64,000 bases of DNA from an uncultured Cytophagaceae bacterium. GTDB lineage: Bacteria; Bacteroidota; Bacteroidia; Cytophagales; Spirosomataceae. This document shows positions 60,390 through 64,000 of this stretch, one piece after another. Position 1 is the stretch's first letter, and each line of letters opens with the position of its first letter. The notes under the pieces were generated by a model. It did no database searches. It saw only the letters and a program-made list of their open reading frames with translations, and was not told where the DNA came from. A program made the translations under genes and the position numbers. The stretch covers positions 590-64,589 of the forward strand of contig CAIZMB010000106.1 of assembly GCA_903933935.1 (NCBI GenBank), given 5' to 3'.

Positions 60390-61712
60390 ATGTCAAATAT
60401 AATTGCAATTGTAGGTCGTCCAAATGTTGGTAAATCAACGCTTTTTAATCGTTTGATTGAACAAAGAAAAGCAATCATGGATAATATGTCGGGTGTTACT
60501 CGAGATCGTCATTATGGCTATGGACAGTGGACGGGTAAGTTTTTTACTGTTATTGACACGGGTGGTTATGTGCATGGGTCAGAGGATATTTTTGAAGGTG
60601 CCATTCGAGAGCAAGTGGAAATGGCCATAGAAGAATCTAACGTCTTATTGTTTGTGGTGGATTGTCAAACAGGATTAACTGATTTGGATAAGGACTTTGC
60701 CAAAGTTTTAAGAAAATCTAAAAAACCTGTCATTTTGATTGCCAATAAGGCTGATACACATGAAAAAGCCTATGCAGCTGCTGAATTTTATGAGTTAGGT
60801 TTAGGTGATCCATTTCCAATTGCTGCTGAAAGCGGTAGTGGAACAGGAGATATGTTGGACGTCATGATTTCTCATTTCGAAGAAGAGGGCGAAGAGAATC
60901 CTGAAGCAGGTGTACCTAGAGTGGCTATTTTAGGAAGACCCAATGTAGGTAAATCTTCATTTTTAAATGCTTTATTGGGAAAAGATCGTTCGATTGTGAC
61001 TGATTTGGCGGGAACTACTCGGGATGCGATCCAAAATCATTATACGCTTTATGGAAAGGATTTTATAATTACTGATACTGCAGGAATAAGGCGTAAAGCA
61101 CGTGTCGACGACAACATAGAGTATTATTCTGTTCTTAGGTCCATTAAGGCTTTAGAGGAATGTGATATAGCTATTATATTGATTGATGCTACAACCATAG
61201 ATCATAACACGGGTCTAGAGGCTCAAGATATGAACATCATTAGTATGGCCGATAAAGCTAAAAAAGGGATTGTATTAATGATTAATAAGTGGGATTTAGT
61301 TGCTAAGGACACCAATACAGCAATTAAGCTTGAGAATGCCTTAAAAGAGCGCTTAGCCCCTTTAAATTACATGCCTGTTATCTTTACTTCTGTATTAGAA
61401 AAAAAGCGAATTTTCCAGGTCGTTGAGAAAATGCTTGAAGTCTATGAGAATCGATCGCAAAAAGTATCGACTTCCAAATTGAATGACGTGATGTTAGAAG
61501 TCATTCAAAATTATCCTCCTCCTGCATGGAAAGGGAAATATATAAAGATTAAGTATTGCACGCAGGTGTCCACTCCTTACCCTACGTTTATTTTCTTCTG
61601 TAATTTACCTCAATACATAAAAGAGAGTTATGAGAGGTATTTGGAGAATCAAATGCGGAAAGCATTTAAATTAGAGGGCACACCTATTTCTTTATTTTTT
61701 AGGAAGAAATAG
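60390..61712 (+). CDS. der: Ribosome biogenesis GTPase Der/EngA
   Basis: Two GRPNVGKS G-domains, GVTRDR, DTAGIR. Confidence 0.97.
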   Translation: MSNIIAIVGRPNVGKSTLFNRLIEQRKAIMDNMSGVTRDRHYGYGQWTGKFFTVIDTGGYVHGSEDIFEGAIREQVEMAIEESNVLLFVVDCQTGLTDLDKDFAKVLRKSKKPVILIANKADTHEKAYAAAEFYELGLGDPFPIAAESGSGTGDMLDVMISHFEEEGEENPEAGVPRVAILGRPNVGKSSFLNALLGKDRSIVTDLAGTTRDAIQNHYTLYGKDFIITDTAGIRRKARVDDNIEYYSVLRSIKALEECDIAIILIDATTIDHNTGLEAQDMNIISMADKAKKGIVLMINKWDLVAKDTNTAIKLENALKERLAPLNYMPVIFTSVLEKKRIFQVVEKMLEVYENRSQKVSTSKLNDVMLEVIQNYPPPAWKGKYIKIKYCTQVSTPYPTFIFFCNLPQYIKESYERYLENQMRKAFKLEGTPISLFFRKK

Positions 61713-62744
61713 TTTGTTTAAATCCTTTTTAAGTAGGTAGCCAATTTGACCTTTGACACCTACGCCAATGATTTTTTGTTGCGTTGCAATGATATTGTGA
61801 AAGTGACTCTCACCTAATTCGATCCATTTTTTTATTTTAGGATCAAAGGCATAACTTCCGGCGGGTCCTGTTACAATCCAGAACGGCTTTGACCAAATAA
61901 CTTTTTCAATGTAGTAGTTTTTGGGTGGTGGATTTTTGATGGGGGACCAATTTTTGCCTGCATCTTTAGATTCCATAATGGGAATTTCACTTGAACCAAT
62001 TTTTAGATAATTTCCTCCTGCTACCCAGAAATCAGTTTTATTTTTGGCAGCTATGGTGAAAAAACCACTACTTGTGTCAGCCGGAATCTCAGTATTTGTT
62101 ATTTTCCAGTTGGCCAGATCGGCTTTTTCACTTTTAAATATTCTCGCTTTATTCCCTCCACCACTAATTATTTGTAATGTATTGTTTAGCCAAATAATGC
62201 TGCTACCGCTTGCAGCAAAGGCCGCCTCTCTAGGTAATAAAGTAGGAAAATTGGCTAAGTTTATAGGCTCAATTTTTGTCCCATCATTTACTATTTTATA
62301 AAGGACAAATTTTTTGTCTATAGGATCTGACAATAAAAAACCAATTCTTTTTTTATAATCCCAGGCAATTGCATCGAAAAAATACTTAGGTTCTTTAATA
62401 TCAAATAGAAGTTCCCATGTATGTCCTCCATCCTTAGTTTTATATAGTTTAGCTGCTCCCTTTTCAGAGGACCCTGCACTCATTAAAATAATCTCTTTTT
62501 TATTTAGGATAACAAGGTCTCTAAAGTCTAAATTTTCGGCTCCAGGAACTTGTTTTACTTCCCAGGTATTTCCTTCGTCGTGAGAATGTATAAAGGTCCC
62601 TTTCGTACCGCTGATCCAGATATCTTGTTTAAAAGATTTAAGCGCTCTAAAGGATGCTGTAGTAGGCAAATGAATGGGATTCCATTGTCCCGACGTAGTC
62701 AGAGATATTAAGAATAGAAAATATGTGATGGCCGTTTTTTTCAT
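61692..62744 (-). CDS. Secreted BNR/YCF48-like beta-propeller protein; likely start 62744
   Basis: Signal peptide, S/T-x-D-x-G-x-T/N-W repeats (SHDEGNTW, TKDGGHTW, SKDAGKNW), EAAFAASG. Confidence 0.8.
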   Translation of the reverse strand: MKKTAITYFLFLISLTTSGQWNPIHLPTTASFRALKSFKQDIWISGTKGTFIHSHDEGNTWEVKQVPGAENLDFRDLVILNKKEIILMSAGSSEKGAAKLYKTKDGGHTWELLFDIKEPKYFFDAIAWDYKKRIGFLLSDPIDKKFVLYKIVNDGTKIEPINLANFPTLLPREAAFAASGSSIIWLNNTLQIISGGGNKARIFKSEKADLANWKITNTEIPADTSSGFFTIAAKNKTDFWVAGGNYLKIGSSEIPIMESKDAGKNWSPIKNPPPKNYYIEKVIWSKPFWIVTGPAGSYAFDPKIKKWIELGESHFHNIIATQQKIIGVGVKGQIGYLLKKDLNKLFLPKK

Positions 62745-62777
62745 AAAAAAAGCCATTCTGGTTTTCCAGAATGGCTT
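62745..62777 (-). terminator. Terminator after the T9SS cargo gene
   Basis: AAGCCATTCTGG-tttt-CCAGAATGGCTT with a T-run on the minus strand. Confidence 0.8.
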
Positions 62778-62795
62778 GATATTTAGTGTGTAAAA

Positions 62796-64000
62796 TTATT
62801 TATTTACAATAATCTTACCTACATATGATTTATCAGCTGTAGACTTCACTTGAAGTATGTAGATTCCGTTTCCTAAACCACCAACTTCCAATGTGTTTCT
62901 TCCGTCAGTACCATCTGAACTTGCAATTTTACCTGCAAATACTGGGCGTCCAACCATATCATAAATAGATACATCTGCTCCAGTCCAATCTTCTAAGATC
63001 TCAATAGTTACCTTAGAACTTGTTATTGGATTTGGATAGATAGCAACCCCTTTAAATTCAGGATCTACTACGTATGCATATTTAACTAGATCTGTCCAGC
63101 AGGTTAATGGAGTACCTTCTATAGTGTAAAGGTATTTTCTACGTGTGGTATAATCTCCGGCAGTTTTTACTTTTGAAACAAATGTTTTTGAAATTAACGC
63201 TGTCGATCCATATTTCCACTCATATTCACCTGCGCTAGTTGCATTAGCTGTTGCTGCAGATGGGAAATTAAGTGCTTTGATTGTGTAAACACCTTCTTTA
63301 ACAATTTTTGTATCTGATGTTATGGCTGGGTTAGCTTGAACCGTTACCTTGATCTCATTTGAATTTTTAGAGATACAACCATTCAAATCAGTAGCTGTTG
63401 TGAAATACGTATCACTTGTTTTAACTCCTGCTAAAACTTTTCCTGCTAATAATCTAGCTGTGCTTAGTTTTCCATACCAACTTACATCATTTACTGAAGT
63501 TGCTGTTAAAGTTACTGAATTGAATGTGCTAAAATCAGCATCAGCACGTTGGCAGAAGATAGTTGGCCCACCTGCTGTAATAACCGGTGCAGCTGGCAAT
63601 GGCAATACTTTTACCTCAGTCGCTTCAGATGACAATGAAACACATCCATTAATATCAATCACTTTTACAGTATAAAGTCCTGCTTTATTAATATCTACTT
63701 CTCTTGTTGTCAATGCATTACTCCAAAGGAACTTAGTAGCAGCACCACTTAAACTATCCAATGAGGATTGTAATTTAGCAGCAATTGGTTTTCCTTCACA
63801 GAATCCTAATTTTGTTAATGCTGTAATGGTAGGTGTTTTAGGACGCGCATAATTAACAATTGTTTTGGCATCAGATTGATCTGAAGGGCAATCGTAACTT
63901 GAAATATAATCTACCGTAACCACTTGGTTTGTACTAACTTTAATGCTTGACAAATTACCTAATTTAGTATCTTCTAAACCATCTACATACCATCTAAACT
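62796..64000 (-). CDS. T9SS type-A CTD cargo protein, 3' part only (frame open to the window edge)
   Basis: C-terminal IYPNP...IYDMVGR...LGNGIYILQV..GKII; repeated P.IT..G...FC / NGC modules; frame continues upstream of 63953 as FRWYVDGLEDTKLGN. Confidence 0.9.
   Translation of the reverse strand, partial: FRWYVDGLEDTKLGNLSSIKVSTNQVVTVDYISSYDCPSDQSDAKTIVNYARPKTPTITALTKLGFCEGKPIAAKLQSSLDSLSGAATKFLWSNALTTREVDINKAGLYTVKVIDINGCVSLSSEATEVKVLPLPAAPVITAGGPTIFCQRADADFSTFNSVTLTATSVNDVSWYGKLSTARLLAGKVLAGVKTSDTYFTTATDLNGCISKNSNEIKVTVQANPAITSDTKIVKEGVYTIKALNFPSAATANATSAGEYEWKYGSTALISKTFVSKVKTAGDYTTRRKYLYTIEGTPLTCWTDLVKYAYVVDPEFKGVAIYPNPITSSKVTIEILEDWTGADVSIYDMVGRPVFAGKIASSDGTDGRNTLEVGGLGNGIYILQVKSTADKSYVGKIIVNK

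Overview
AT-rich, densely coded core-genome segment of a Bacteroidota bacterium. Gene content and the many TAnnTTTG promoter elements point to Cytophagales, possibly a streamlined Aquirufa/Spirosomataceae-like lineage (inference, no database search run). About 60 CDS are supported. Housekeeping genes: rnhB (partial), pyrC, rluB, mreBCD, gmk, nadD, typA, dxs, cysS, nuoKLMN, xth, ispH, tsaB, rnpA, rpmH, rpsJ, atpDC, era, der. Type IX secretion genes: porU, porV, PorE-like, PorT-like and one partial cargo protein. Also present are ComEC, an ECF sigma/anti-sigma pair, a three-gene glycan-modification cassette and one initiator tRNA-Met. No IS element, integrase, prophage block or CRISPR array was seen. 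The best leads are: (1) an isolated phage-like PD-(D/E)XK nuclease ending in a sliding-clamp-type motif (QMSLF) inside a cluster of DNA-repair and nucleotide-sanitising genes; (2) a SigR/SigH-like ECF sigma whose Cys-rich anti-sigma gene has its own GGAAC-N18-GTT promoter candidate, a non-canonical zinc motif and a hydrophobic tail; (3) an RluB with five ~47-aa charged tandem repeats; (4) a ceramide-synthase-like GNAT; (5) a GT2-formyltransferase-deacetylase cassette; (6) several fragmented conserved operons (rpsJ alone, nuoKLMN alone, mreBCD without mrdA/rodA). All functional calls come from motif recognition by eye.
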